64,000 bases of DNA from contig CBDHHL010000048.1 in NCBI GenBank assembly GCA_965263355.1, positions 128,001 to 192,000 on the forward strand, given 5' to 3'. Within the stretch, counting starts at the first letter, position 1, and the number at the start of each line of letters is the position of its first letter. The notes under the pieces were generated by a model that was not told the DNA's origin, did not search any database, and was given only the letters and a program-made list of their open reading frames with translations. The position numbers and the translations under genes were made by a program. The DNA comes from Leptolyngbyaceae cyanobacterium (GTDB lineage: Bacteria > Cyanobacteriota > Cyanobacteriia > Phormidesmidales > Phormidesmidaceae). Below are positions 40,046-50,528 of the stretch, in pieces.

Positions 40046-40412
40046 ACGTCAATACCCTCTTCGTTAATCGATTCTAAAATCCAAGCACGACAGGTATTGG
40101 GGTTCACCAAATCCACCTTAAATTCTTCGCTATAGTCCATTACAGCCAAAAAAGCATCATAATAATGTTCTTTTGGGATTCCCCAAACCGCCAAGTCAAT
40201 ATCTGAATCCAATGAGAAGTAATCGACCTTAATGGCCAAGCCAAAAACCTTGACTTGACTTGCTCCAAACCTATCTCTCAGAAGCTTTGTCAGTTCAGGG
40301 ATAAGTTCCCAAGCTTTTTCTCAACGCACTGCCACCTCAGCAGATGCTTGACTTTGGGCACTGTGTAACGCTTCCATTCCTCTGGTGTCAGCTCTAGTGC
40401 AGTTTTAGTCAT
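40042..40412 (-). pseudogene. Minimal nucleotidyltransferase (MNT) antitoxin, disrupted
   Basis: MTKTALELTPEEWKRY, then a frameshift and TGA at 40321-40323, then EKAWELIPELTKLLRDRFGASQVKVFGL...SDIDLAVWG...FKVDLV. Confidence 0.85.
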
Positions 40413-40536
40413 TAATGATTGATTGAGCTTAAAACCTGTTTTAGCCAATCTTAACTGACCTGATTCCACAACATCTAGAAAACCCATTCACCAGCAGTTG
40501 TATGATAGAGAAAAACTAGACGCTTCATCACACCCC

Positions 40537-41151
40537 ATGGATGTAATGGAATTTTTCCAGCACAGTGCTGGGCAATGGCAATCTCAACGAACCACTCATC
40601 ATCTCCCCTTTCGTCGAGCGGAGCTAGGTGGATCTGATATCACCGTCGAGGCCCTCGACAAGAACCACGAAAAAATTATTGCCATTTGCGAACTCCATAA
40701 AATTGACCCTGCACTGGCGGTGGGTGGGGCCTATGTGGCCTGGCATGGTGAAATGGCCTGGGACCGTGATGGGGAAGGTAACCATGAGGGCAGTACGATC
40801 TTTGCCCTAGTGCCCGATGAGGATAATGACCGGAAGGGTCGCCTATTACGCGAGCGGGGCTATGCAGAAATCGTTCCGGTAGTGGGGCGTTACGAAATGG
40901 ATGACGAAGACGGTCTGATTTTAGAAACTGATTATGAAACCATGAGCTCAATGGAGCGGTTCTGGTTTGTGACGCCAAACTTGCGGATGCGAAGCAGTAT
41001 TGTAAAGCGGTTTGGTGGATTTAATACGGCCTCTTTTTGTGCAGAAACTCGGGTGATGGATGGTCAGCCGCTAGAGTTGGCACCGATGGCAGATGATGCG
41101 GCGGTTGATGCGTTTGAGCAGACCTCGCAATTATCAGCAATGGGTTGGTAG
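40537..41151 (+). CDS. cpcS: Phycobiliprotein lyase, CpcS/CpeS family
   Basis: MEFFQHSAGQWQSQRTTHHL, GRLLRERGYAE, ERFWF, ASFCAETR. Confidence 0.9.
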   Translation: MDVMEFFQHSAGQWQSQRTTHHLPFRRAELGGSDITVEALDKNHEKIIAICELHKIDPALAVGGAYVAWHGEMAWDRDGEGNHEGSTIFALVPDEDNDRKGRLLRERGYAEIVPVVGRYEMDDEDGLILETDYETMSSMERFWFVTPNLRMRSSIVKRFGGFNTASFCAETRVMDGQPLELAPMADDAAVDAFEQTSQLSAMGW

Positions 41152-41273
41152 GCAATGGCATCGGTTATGTAGGGGTATCCCCCTGTGAGTAATTCTATCG
41201 CAGGCATTTTACGACATTGAATTCTGGCGACAGTTACGGCAGGGGCTACCACAAGGACAGCCCTGCCTATGGT

Positions 41274-43892
41274 TTATTCCTTGGTCTTTTTCTCCGCATT
41301 AGCCTTAGCCTCTAAGGTTTCTAAGCGACTCTTCAAATCTCGATTTAGCTGTTTTAGCTCATTGAGATCCTTGCGTAGCTCATCCACTGCTTTATCGGCA
41401 CCGATGGCTCTATGGACCCTGCCCATGGCCTCTTCAGCACGGCGTTTGACTCGACCATCGGGACTTTGCTCGGCCAGGCCTTGCAATACTCGCAGTGCGC
41501 CAGGAACTTCCATTTGCCCTAGGGCGATGACAACAGCTACCTGGGTTAAGAAGAACTCTTCGCGGGCAATGGCTTCGAGGCGGTCTAGGATGCGATCGCA
41601 ATTCACCTTATTCTGCCCTGCCGCAATCTTACCCAATGCCCGAATTGCCGCCAGTCGCAGGGCTTGGGGCACACCAATCTCGGTATAGGGCAACAACAAA
41701 TCGAGGGCAGCTTCCGACGACTTAAAGACACTTAACCCTGAGATCGCCCCTGAACGCACCACTTCATTCCACCCACCCCGTTCTTCTAAAACCATTTCCA
41801 ACAGTTTAAGGGCCTTTTTCTCTTTGTTCTTACCATTATCTAAAGTACTAGAGCCCACGTTACCTAACGCTGCAGCGGCTGCACTTTCCACGTAGTAACT
41901 CTCATCACCCGCTTCAACAACAGATTTTAGCGCCTTGTAACTATCCATTGTTTTTACCCCTGCCAAGGCATTGACAACGGCTTTTCTGACTTTAGGATGT
42001 TTGTCGTCTAACCCTTTTAAGAGACCTAAAACCGCCTGATCTAACTGAATTGTAGCTAACGCTTCCCCGACTTCAGCCCGAACGGCCCAGAATGGATCCT
42101 CCACTAAAGCCTTACTAAGGGTTTCAACGGCTTCTAGACTGCCTTTTTTAGCAATGGCCTTAGCGGCATACAAGCGAGAAATCGGATCAGGATCATGCTT
42201 GAGCTGAGCCTGCAACTCTTTTAGTGGGTACTCCAGCTTTACGGTTTTGAGGGTGTGGTTGCCCACATCAAAACTGATAAAGTCCGGCTTTTTCTGTAAG
42301 GGAAAATAAAATGCTTGCTGTCGTTCGTGAATTCTAACAGAGACAGGTTGCACATCAACAACATCTCCTTCTATATAACTAAAGCCAATGGGAATCTTGA
42401 GATCAAACAGCCCTTCCTGCACCTGGGATTTACCATCGGCCACCTGGTTTTGGGTAACCATCAGCTTCGCCAAATGGCTATCACTATCCCAACTGTAGGT
42501 AACAGAATAATCAGGGTGCCCACCGCGATACACATATTGATCAAATAAGTAACGCAGATTTCTACCCGTAGCCTTATCAATGGCACGCAGCACATCAATG
42601 GTTTCAACCGTGCTGTGGGCATGGTCCGTGAGCAATGTTTGGAGAGTTTTAGTAAAAAGCTCATCACCAAGGGCCTGACGGATCATGTGATATACACAAG
42701 ACCCTTTTTCATAAATATGACAGTCGTACAGCTCAATCGGTTCACGATAAATGTGGGTAACCAACGGGCGACGATAGCGACTGGCATCTTCAGAAATATA
42801 AGCACGGGCATTGTTGAGATGGTAGTACATGGCCTCCTCCCAACCGTAGGCTTCTTCTAACCACAACACTTCCGAATAGGTGGCCATGCCTTCTTTTACC
42901 CAAGCATGGGACCAATGGTTAATCACAATCAGATCGCCAAACCACTGGTGAGCCAGCTCATGGGCAACTAGAGTCTCAGAACGGATGTTGTCGATAGCAG
43001 CACGCTTGTCTAGCAAACAACGATCGGTCAGGAGCGTGGTGGTAGTATTCTCCATACCGCCAAAGATAAAATCGGCAGGGCACACCTGGTCATAGTTAGA
43101 AAATGGATAATCGTAGCCAAACATCTGACTAAATCGCTCCATCATCTGGGGCGTTTTGCCCATGGTCAGTTCTATTTGGTCTTTACGTCCCTTGGCCACG
43201 TAGTACCGCACCGGGCGACCGCGCCACTCAGCTTCAATGCTGTCGTATTCGCCAATGGCCAGGGTCATGAGATAACTGGGGTGAACCTTATCTAACTTCC
43301 AGTGATAGATTTTGGCCGTGTCATCCTCTTTGGTAGACACTAACTCCCCATTGGACAGGGCAAAATATGTGTGTGGTACCCGTACCCGCACTTCAGATGT
43401 GGCCAACTGCCCTGGATAGTCAAAGCAGGGAAACCAAAAGCGGGAGTCTTCATCTTCGCCCTGGGTCCAGACTTGGTAAGGTTTATCAGGATAGTGCTCG
43501 TCAGGGGCAATAAAGTAAATCCCGCGCTGGGGCTCTTTGACCGCGTAGGCAATCACCAGGGTAATGGACTGTCCGGCGAAGGTAGGGTTACTGAGGTGAA
43601 CATGCAGCTTTTCACCGTCATAGTCAAAGGCCTGATGTTCATTGCCAATGGTAATTGAGTCAATAGTCAAACTGACGGCATCTAGGGCCAGACTGTTTAT
43701 GCCATTGCGCACCGGGTTAAGGCGAATGGCACAGGTACCTTTATAACTTTTTTTAGGAATCTCAAAATCAAGGTCTAGGGCGATGTGCTCAACTTGACCA
43801 GGACGGTCAGGATTATAATGAGGCGATGCACCCGGTAGCTCAAAAGACTTATAGCCGTTTTCATCGGCATTGAAATAGGCAGCGACGGACAT
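41274..43892 (-). CDS. pepN: M1 family aminopeptidase N with C-terminal HEAT repeats
   Basis: GGMEN, HELAHQWFG...EG zinc motif, YEKG, HEAT repeats; start at ATG 43892. Confidence 0.93.
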   Translation of the reverse strand: MSVAAYFNADENGYKSFELPGASPHYNPDRPGQVEHIALDLDFEIPKKSYKGTCAIRLNPVRNGINSLALDAVSLTIDSITIGNEHQAFDYDGEKLHVHLSNPTFAGQSITLVIAYAVKEPQRGIYFIAPDEHYPDKPYQVWTQGEDEDSRFWFPCFDYPGQLATSEVRVRVPHTYFALSNGELVSTKEDDTAKIYHWKLDKVHPSYLMTLAIGEYDSIEAEWRGRPVRYYVAKGRKDQIELTMGKTPQMMERFSQMFGYDYPFSNYDQVCPADFIFGGMENTTTTLLTDRCLLDKRAAIDNIRSETLVAHELAHQWFGDLIVINHWSHAWVKEGMATYSEVLWLEEAYGWEEAMYYHLNNARAYISEDASRYRRPLVTHIYREPIELYDCHIYEKGSCVYHMIRQALGDELFTKTLQTLLTDHAHSTVETIDVLRAIDKATGRNLRYLFDQYVYRGGHPDYSVTYSWDSDSHLAKLMVTQNQVADGKSQVQEGLFDLKIPIGFSYIEGDVVDVQPVSVRIHERQQAFYFPLQKKPDFISFDVGNHTLKTVKLEYPLKELQAQLKHDPDPISRLYAAKAIAKKGSLEAVETLSKALVEDPFWAVRAEVGEALATIQLDQAVLGLLKGLDDKHPKVRKAVVNALAGVKTMDSYKALKSVVEAGDESYYVESAAAAALGNVGSSTLDNGKNKEKKALKLLEMVLEERGGWNEVVRSGAISGLSVFKSSEAALDLLLPYTEIGVPQALRLAAIRALGKIAAGQNKVNCDRILDRLEAIAREEFFLTQVAVVIALGQMEVPGALRVLQGLAEQSPDGRVKRRAEEAMGRVHRAIGADKAVDELRKDLNELKQLNRDLKSRLETLEAKANAEKKTKE

Positions 43893-43913
43893 AGGAAATT
43901 TATGGTAGATAAA

Positions 43914-44050
43914 GCCCTTGTCACCCATCCCCTTCTCCTTTAAGGAGGAGGGGAAAATCAATGGAGAACTTTTTTTAGCCCATGAAAATGAGCCAAGAAC
44001 ATCAAAGTCTCTCTCCCTAGAGAGAGGGATTTAGGGTGAGGGATAAGGGC
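43914..44050. repeat. Paired stem-loop repeat (cyanobacterial CCCTCACCC...CTCTCCC/GGGAGAG type, MITE-like)
   Basis: TCACCCATCCCCTTCTCCTTTAAGGAGGAGGGG and the inverted CTCTCTCCCTAGAGAGAGGGATTTAGGGTGAGGG; outer GCCCTT/AAGGGC arms. Confidence 0.6.
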
Positions 44051-44249
44051 GACGTATTTAGCAACTTAGGTTAACGTCTTCTCCATGATTGTGCCGCTAC
44101 GCTTTGCGATCTTTTGCGATACTTAACCGTTCCCTTTGCTTCCACATCTGCCCCCTTTGCTTTTTAGAGAGGAAACTTAAAGATTTTGGTTAGACGATGG
44201 CTCTAAGCTAATTACAAACACACATTCAATTGAGACTAGGCCCCGTTAC

Positions 44250-45194
44250 ATGAACGCGATCGCAACTCGCTCAATTACCCACTTAATTAATGGAGCCCTG
44301 GCCATTAAGCCATTGGCGAATTTTGCTAAAGACCGTGCCCGCACCATGATGATCAAACGGGCAGAGTCGATTGGGGTGTATTGGCTCGATGAAGTGGCCA
44401 AGCTCAGGTCCCGTGGTGGCAATGGAGGCTTAAACCCGATATGGGAAACGGAGCGGGCAGAGATTTGCGATCGCAACCTCACCTATCCCAACTATTACCT
44501 CACTAGCTTCCACGCTTACGAAGAAGGCAACCTTGGCTGGAAACCGGCCCTAGAAGAATCGGTAGCAGCCAAAGCTGTCCATGCTCGTCTTTGGCCCGAA
44601 GGCGATGCCCAAGGCGACTGGCGTCTACGTAAAAGCTATCTTGATGTCCTGCTTGATAAATTACCTAAAGCCCCCGAAACTATCGTGGACATGGGCTGCA
44701 GCACCGGGCTCAGCACCCGTGCATTACAACGGGCCTATCCCCAGGCAACCACTATCGGGGTAGATCTATCCGACTACTTCTTAACCGTGGCCCAATATAA
44801 AGCAAATGCAGCTACGGATGGCCTCGAAACGCCCCAATGGATCCATGCCGCTGCCGAGAATACTGGCTTTGCTGATCAGTCCGTAGATTTAGTCTCGGCA
44901 TCTTTATTATTCCATGAGCTACCTGTTTCCGCAGCCCTGGATGTCATCCACGAAGGATATCGAATCCTACGACCCGGTGGTTATTTCACCATCATGGACA
45001 TGAATCCCCAGTCGGAGGTATATAAGAAAATGCCTGCCTATATCCTCACCTTGCTCAAGAGCACAGAACCCTACCTCGATCAGTACTTTGCCCTGGATTT
45101 GCATCAGGCGTTGATGGATGCAGGCTTTGTTCAGGCGAGCCAGGCTATTAACACCTCCCGACATCGTGTAGTAGTTGCCAAGAAACCAGATTAG
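44250..45194 (+). CDS. Class I SAM-dependent methyltransferase
   Basis: VDMGCSTG, GVDLS, HAAAENTG, LFHELP, LRPGG. Confidence 0.92.
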   Translation: MNAIATRSITHLINGALAIKPLANFAKDRARTMMIKRAESIGVYWLDEVAKLRSRGGNGGLNPIWETERAEICDRNLTYPNYYLTSFHAYEEGNLGWKPALEESVAAKAVHARLWPEGDAQGDWRLRKSYLDVLLDKLPKAPETIVDMGCSTGLSTRALQRAYPQATTIGVDLSDYFLTVAQYKANAATDGLETPQWIHAAAENTGFADQSVDLVSASLLFHELPVSAALDVIHEGYRILRPGGYFTIMDMNPQSEVYKKMPAYILTLLKSTEPYLDQYFALDLHQALMDAGFVQASQAINTSRHRVVVAKKPD

Positions 45195-45471
45195 CTACTG
45201 TACGAATGGTTAGGGAGTTTTAGTCTTCGTCCCTCGCTCCACTCCGTGAAATTAAGAACGTGTAACGTTCTGCTTACACACCTTTAAGAAATCCAGGAGT
45301 TACCTGGGGATCATTATTTTTATTCTTACAGTGGTTAACAAGGCCTGATAGCTGCCTAGCGGCAGCTACACGACAGCCGATCCCTATAGCCACATCTTTG
45401 GGCTGAAACTCGAAGGGTTTCAATACCGAATGATTTAGATGATGTGGCCCATGCTATAGAAACTGGCCTTC

Positions 45472-47061
45472 ATGTCTATGGACTTTGCAACATTTCCTTG
45501 GTTAAGCACCATCATTTTACTGCCAATTTTGGCAGCCTTGTTGGTCCCATTTATTCCCGATCAGGATGGCAAAACAGTTCGGTGGTATTCCCTCATTATT
45601 GGGCTGATTGATTTTGCTCTGATTGTCACAGCTTTCATCACTTGCTACGACCCGGCCAACTCTGGGATGCAGCTGGTGGAGAGCTACAGCTGGGTGCCAG
45701 CTCTCGACCTGAATTGGTCAGTCGGTGTAGATGGCCTCTCCATGCCACTAGTCTTACTGACTGGCTTTATTACCACACTGGCTATCTTAGCTTCATGGCC
45801 AGTCACCCTCAAGCCCAAGCTTTTTTACTTCTTGCTACTGTCCATGTATGGGGCGCAGATTGCAGTATTTGCTGTTCAGGATATGCTGCTGTTCTTCCTG
45901 GTATGGGAGCTGGAGCTGATCCCGGTATATCTGCTGTTATCGATTTGGGGTGGCAAGCGACGCCTGTATGCAGCCACTAAGTTTATTCTCTATACGGCAG
46001 GAGGCTCTCTATTTATTCTGGTAGCAGCCCTGGCGATGGCATTCTACGGTGACACCATCACCTTTGATATGCAGGCATTAATGGCTAAGGAGTTCCCTGT
46101 TCGGTTACAGCTATGGCTGTACACGGCCTTTTTGATTGCCTATGCGGTCAAGTTACCGATATTTCCACTGCACACCTGGCTACCCGATGCCCACGGTGAA
46201 GCAACGGCCCCCGTCCACATGCTGCTGGCAGGCATCCTGCTAAAAATGGGTGGGTATGCCCTGATTCGCATGAATGTAGAAATGTTGCCCGATGCCCATG
46301 CCATCGTGGCACCAGGGTTAATTCTCTTTGGGGTAATCAATATTATTTATGCGGCATTGACCTCCTTTGCCCAGCGGAACCTAAAACGTAAGATTGCCTA
46401 CTCATCCATTTCCCACATGGGATTTGTGATTATCGGTATCGCATCGTTTACTAACTTAGGGCTGAGTGGTGCGGTGCTCCAGATGGTCTCCCATGGATTG
46501 ATTGGGGCCAGTTTGTTTTTCTTGGTTGGCGCTACCTACGACCGCACCCATACCCTGATCCTGTCGGAAATGGGAGGTGTGGGCACCAAGATGCCAAAGA
46601 TCTTCTCCATGTTTACAGCTTGTTCCATGGCATCGCTGGCATTACCCGGCATGAGTGGTTTTGTGGCGGAACTGATGGTGTTTGTGGGCTTTGCCAATAG
46701 CGACGCTTACAGCTTCAACTTTAAGCTAGTGATGATCTTGCTAATGGCAGTGGGCGTAATTTTGACACCGATTTATCTGTTGTCAATGCTACGGGAAATC
46801 TTCTTTGGCCCTGAGAATAAGGAGCTGGTTGAGCATCAAGTTCTAATCGATGCTGAACCGCGTGAAGTGTTTATCATTGCTTGCTTGCTAGTCCCCATCA
46901 TTGGCTTTGGTCTCTATCCCAAATTACTGACCCAGGTCTATGATGCGAAGACTATACAGATAAGCGAGAGTTTGCGGACAGAACTGTTTGAGATCGCAAG
47001 TCACGAACCACCTTTACCCATCGGCACAATGCCCACCAAGGCACCGCCCATTGGGCAATAA
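45472..47061 (+). CDS. ndhD: NAD(P)H-quinone oxidoreductase subunit 4 (NdhD1/D2 type)
   Basis: [57 protein letters not shown]. Confidence 0.96.
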   Translation: MSMDFATFPWLSTIILLPILAALLVPFIPDQDGKTVRWYSLIIGLIDFALIVTAFITCYDPANSGMQLVESYSWVPALDLNWSVGVDGLSMPLVLLTGFITTLAILASWPVTLKPKLFYFLLLSMYGAQIAVFAVQDMLLFFLVWELELIPVYLLLSIWGGKRRLYAATKFILYTAGGSLFILVAALAMAFYGDTITFDMQALMAKEFPVRLQLWLYTAFLIAYAVKLPIFPLHTWLPDAHGEATAPVHMLLAGILLKMGGYALIRMNVEMLPDAHAIVAPGLILFGVINIIYAALTSFAQRNLKRKIAYSSISHMGFVIIGIASFTNLGLSGAVLQMVSHGLIGASLFFLVGATYDRTHTLILSEMGGVGTKMPKIFSMFTACSMASLALPGMSGFVAELMVFVGFANSDAYSFNFKLVMILLMAVGVILTPIYLLSMLREIFFGPENKELVEHQVLIDAEPREVFIIACLLVPIIGFGLYPKLLTQVYDAKTIQISESLRTELFEIASHEPPLPIGTMPTKAPPIGQ

Positions 47062-47066
47062 ACATC

Positions 47067-47101
47067 CCGTCGGGGCATTGCGTGCAATGCTGCCCCGACG
47101 G
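47067..47101. repeat. REP-like palindrome after ndhD
   Basis: CCGTCGGGGCATTGCGTGCAATGCTGCCCCGACGG, same family as 37069-37108. Confidence 0.8.
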
Positions 47102-47139
47102 AAAACTTTGCAAAAATCTTATCCTCTACTAATCATCAC

Positions 47140-47175
47140 CCCTGCCAGGATTACGCCCTGGCAGGGTCTTTTTTT
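47140..47175 (+). terminator. Rho-independent terminator of ndhD
   Basis: CCCTGCCAGG-ATTACGC-CCTGGCAGGG followed by TCTTTTTTT. Confidence 0.85.
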
Positions 47176-47342
47176 GGGCTTACCACATTAGCCATTTCTA
47201 CCCAGAAAGTTGCACTTTTAGGTCACACTACTCGCCGAAAACATGGGTGTTTTAAACAATTCAAATCACTAAATTAATGGTCAGACGTCAGATTTCTCCT
47301 ACTCTCTGCTGATGTCTGAACAACTATCAAGGTGCAATTATC

Positions 47343-48776
47343 ATGGCTAATTTTAATATCGGACAAATCACTGATGAAGGTTACAGCGTTAGTAACTTCT
47401 CTGTGACGCCTGGATTCCCCACTGATGTTTTTGAATTTGACGTTGTTGGCACTCATCAGCTCTCGATTTACCTGAACGACATCACTGTAGGGGATGATGC
47501 TGATATCTATTTATATGCTGACTCCAACAACAACGGTATTCTCGATGGCGGCGATACCTTAGTTGATTTCTCTACCAACGCCAACAATAACGATGATGTA
47601 ATCGACTACACTGCCACCACTGGCACGTACTTTGCCGAGGTAGAACGTTATGCCCCAGGTAGTATTGGCAGTGTGAACTATGATCTGGAAATCAGAACTA
47701 ACTACGATGTTGGTGATTTGACCGCCTCACCCATTAGCAAAAATAACTACAACGTATCAATCAGCGACCCCATTGATATCTTTGAGTTTACGGCCAACAA
47801 TAATCAACAGATTGCTCTTTACCTGCATGAAATCAGTGCAAACGATGATGCCGACCTCTATCTATACGCTGATTCCAACGATAACGGTATTCTCGATAGT
47901 GATGACCTCCTGGTTGACTCTTCCACCAATGCTGGCAACAACAATGATGTCATCGACTACACCTCCACTGGTGGCACCTACTTTGCTCAAGTAGAACGAT
48001 ACGGTGCAGGCAGCTTTGGCAGTGTCACCTATGACCTTGACCTCAGTGTCAACTATGACGTCGGTAACTTAACCGCCTCACCCATTAGCAAAAATAACTA
48101 CAACGTATCAGTCAGCGACCCCATTGATGTCTTTGAATTTAACCTCACAGCCGATAGCACCATTCACCTGAATCTCCATGGTATTAGTATTGGTGACGAT
48201 GCCGATCTAATGCTTTATGAAGACAATGGGAATGGCATCTTCGATAGTGGAGATCTCTTGGTAACCAGCTCCACAGCAGCAGGCAACAACGATGACATTA
48301 TTAACTACAGAGGTAGCGAAGGCACCTATTTTGCTCAGGTCAGCCGCTATGCAGCAGGCAGTATTGGGGATGTCTCCTATGACCTCGATTTATCAACGAC
48401 CAGTGGCGGTGCCAGTAACTTATTAGGTGCTGAGTTTGTTGTTGGTGATATTAATAGCCACACCCCTGATCAATTTGGTTTTGTAGGGGATACTGATACC
48501 ACTGATACCTATTCATTTTCCTTAGGCCTATTTGAGGGCGTTGATATTCAGCTCACAGGTCTCACCAGCGATGCAGACATCCGTCTTATCGAAGACTTCA
48601 ATAGCAACGGTATTGTGGATGCTGGTGAGGTTATAGATGAATCCTTTTTCGCAGGTTCCTCCAGTGAGAACATTACTCTAGAGTTTTCTGGTGACTACTT
48701 GTTGCAGGTGTATCAATATAGTGGAGACACTAATTACACCCTGGCATTTAATCACTACGAAACTCCTTATATCTAA
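47343..48776 (+). CDS. Acidic protein of four PPC-like (pre-peptidase C-terminal) repeats with DxNxNG Ca-binding loops
   Basis: Repeated DADLYLYADSNxNGILD...GTYFAQV.RY units; last unit LTGLTSDADIRLIEDFNSNGIVD...GDYLLQVYQYSGDTNYTL. Confidence 0.85.
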   Translation: MANFNIGQITDEGYSVSNFSVTPGFPTDVFEFDVVGTHQLSIYLNDITVGDDADIYLYADSNNNGILDGGDTLVDFSTNANNNDDVIDYTATTGTYFAEVERYAPGSIGSVNYDLEIRTNYDVGDLTASPISKNNYNVSISDPIDIFEFTANNNQQIALYLHEISANDDADLYLYADSNDNGILDSDDLLVDSSTNAGNNNDVIDYTSTGGTYFAQVERYGAGSFGSVTYDLDLSVNYDVGNLTASPISKNNYNVSVSDPIDVFEFNLTADSTIHLNLHGISIGDDADLMLYEDNGNGIFDSGDLLVTSSTAAGNNDDIINYRGSEGTYFAQVSRYAAGSIGDVSYDLDLSTTSGGASNLLGAEFVVGDINSHTPDQFGFVGDTDTTDTYSFSLGLFEGVDIQLTGLTSDADIRLIEDFNSNGIVDAGEVIDESFFAGSSSENITLEFSGDYLLQVYQYSGDTNYTLAFNHYETPYI

Positions 48777-49080
48777 ACCTTGTCCACGTCCAGAACGATG
48801 GTTTTTCCGTAGAAGAATCTACAAGCTTTAAGTTGGACGTGGATTAGGTAAAAAGTTTCTTTACTTTATAAGCAGATTTGCGAGCAAAGATTGAGTTCTG
48901 AATCATAATGTGTAGGCTAAATTCCTTAGAGTGCCATAACAAGCCTTCATAAGAATTATCTACATATAGTGATTGACTTCAATGCCTGTAGCTAATGACC
49001 ATTGGGCTTGTCTGTAATTACCCCTTGACAAGCTCAGTGGTTTTATTTATCTCTTAAACACTCCTACATTAAATTTTCCA

Positions 49081-50442
49081 TTGAATCTGAATCGCTTTGC
49101 CGGTGTCACTAACTTCTTTTCGGTGCAAGATTGGGCACTGGAAGCCAGGCTGCTGCGATGGTTAACTATGCTTTGGTTAACCATTGGTCTAGTAGTGCTT
49201 TTTTCGGCCTCCTATCCAGTCGCTGATGCAGAAATCGGTGATGGTGCCCGTTACTTTAAAGTGCAGATTCTATGGATCCTGGTTGGTTTGGTGATGTCTC
49301 GATGGATTGCCCGCCATCCCCTCAGGCTGATTATGCAGTTTTCTGGCCTGGGCTTATTGATGTGTTTAGGCCTAATTATCGCCACCCATATTCCTGGCTT
49401 AGGAGTAACCGTCAATGGTGCTACCCGTTGGCTACCCTTAGGGCCATTCCTAATTCAACCGTCTGAGCTGCTAAAACCGTTTTTAATTCTGCAGAGTGCT
49501 AGATTATTTGGCCGATGGCATCGGTTTCGCCCCGCCAATCGCTGGCTGTGGTTAGGGGTATTTGCCCTATGTTTAATCGCGATTTTAGTTCAGCCAAATT
49601 TAAGTACTACGGCTGTTTGTGGCATTACCGTTTGGTTAATTGCTTGGGCCTCAGGCTGCCCTTACAAACACCTCATACTGACGGCTGGGACTGGAGCCCT
49701 GGCAGCGGTATTGAGCGTTAGTATCAAAACCTATCAGCGTGAGCGGATTATTTCTTTTCTCGATCCATGGTCCCAAGCTAGTGATAACGGCTATCAACTT
49801 GTTCAGAGTCTATATGCCATTGGTTCTGGAGGTCTTTGGGGAACTGGATTTGGCATGGGGCAGCAAAAGCTGGGCTACTTACCTATTCAATACACTGATT
49901 TTATTTTTTCGGTCTACGCTGAGGAATTTGGCTTTATTGGGGCAGTCATGCTGCTGCTCTTTTTAGCTGTCTTTAGTACCGTTGCTCTACTGGTAGCGCT
50001 CAAAGCAAAGTCATCGGTAAATCGACTAATAGCAATTGGCTGTATGGTTCTACTGGTGGGTCAGTCACTGATTAATATCGGTGTAGCGACTGGGTCATTA
50101 CCGACCACTGGACTACCATTTCCCATGATGAGCTATGGCGGCAGCTCCATGATGTCTAGTCTGATCGTAGCAGGTCTGCTAATTCGAGTTGCTCGCGAAG
50201 CCCATGAGGCTGATATTCTGGCCATGACCGAGCAGCCTATTCGCCCTCGGCAATATCGCCCTGGCAGCCGTCGTCGTCGCTATGAACAACAGCCACAAGA
50301 AACAGCCATTCAGGCTCCTGCATCTAAAACCATTCTGAAAAAAGTTGTCCGATCTCGTCTCCGCATTCAGCCTGAAATTGAGTCAAAGTCAAAGCCAAGC
50401 CGCAAGTATGGGCGTAAAAGCAAACGAATACGAAGTATTTAA
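49081..50442 (+). CDS. ftsW: Cell division SEDS protein FtsW
   Basis: NGATRW, QPSELLKP, QPNLST, GYQLVQSL, LPIQYTDFIF, LPTTGLPFPMMSYGGSS. Confidence 0.93.
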   Translation: MNLNRFAGVTNFFSVQDWALEARLLRWLTMLWLTIGLVVLFSASYPVADAEIGDGARYFKVQILWILVGLVMSRWIARHPLRLIMQFSGLGLLMCLGLIIATHIPGLGVTVNGATRWLPLGPFLIQPSELLKPFLILQSARLFGRWHRFRPANRWLWLGVFALCLIAILVQPNLSTTAVCGITVWLIAWASGCPYKHLILTAGTGALAAVLSVSIKTYQRERIISFLDPWSQASDNGYQLVQSLYAIGSGGLWGTGFGMGQQKLGYLPIQYTDFIFSVYAEEFGFIGAVMLLLFLAVFSTVALLVALKAKSSVNRLIAIGCMVLLVGQSLINIGVATGSLPTTGLPFPMMSYGGSSMMSSLIVAGLLIRVAREAHEADILAMTEQPIRPRQYRPGSRRRRYEQQPQETAIQAPASKTILKKVVRSRLRIQPEIESKSKPSRKYGRKSKRIRSI

Positions 50443-50528
50443 TGTTTCGATACAACTACAATTAAGAAACGACTTAGTCCATTGGTAATACCCGATGGGT
50501 TGTGTTGGTTTGATCAGCCAATTTTTCT

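Noticed and set aside
31000..41500. Apparent HIP1 scarcity in the accessory region as a sign of foreign origin
   Set aside because: One site is present (34873), and core regions such as 6.9-14.7 kb and 57.3-63.8 kb have similar gaps
45261..45278. TGTAACGTTCTGCTTACA upstream of ndhD as an NtcA box
   Set aside because: Spacing is GTA-N10-TAC, not N8
48783..48843. TCCACGTCCA...TGGACGTGGA inverted repeat after the PPC-repeat gene
   Set aside because: Long loop and no U tract; at most an ordinary 3' stabilising stem
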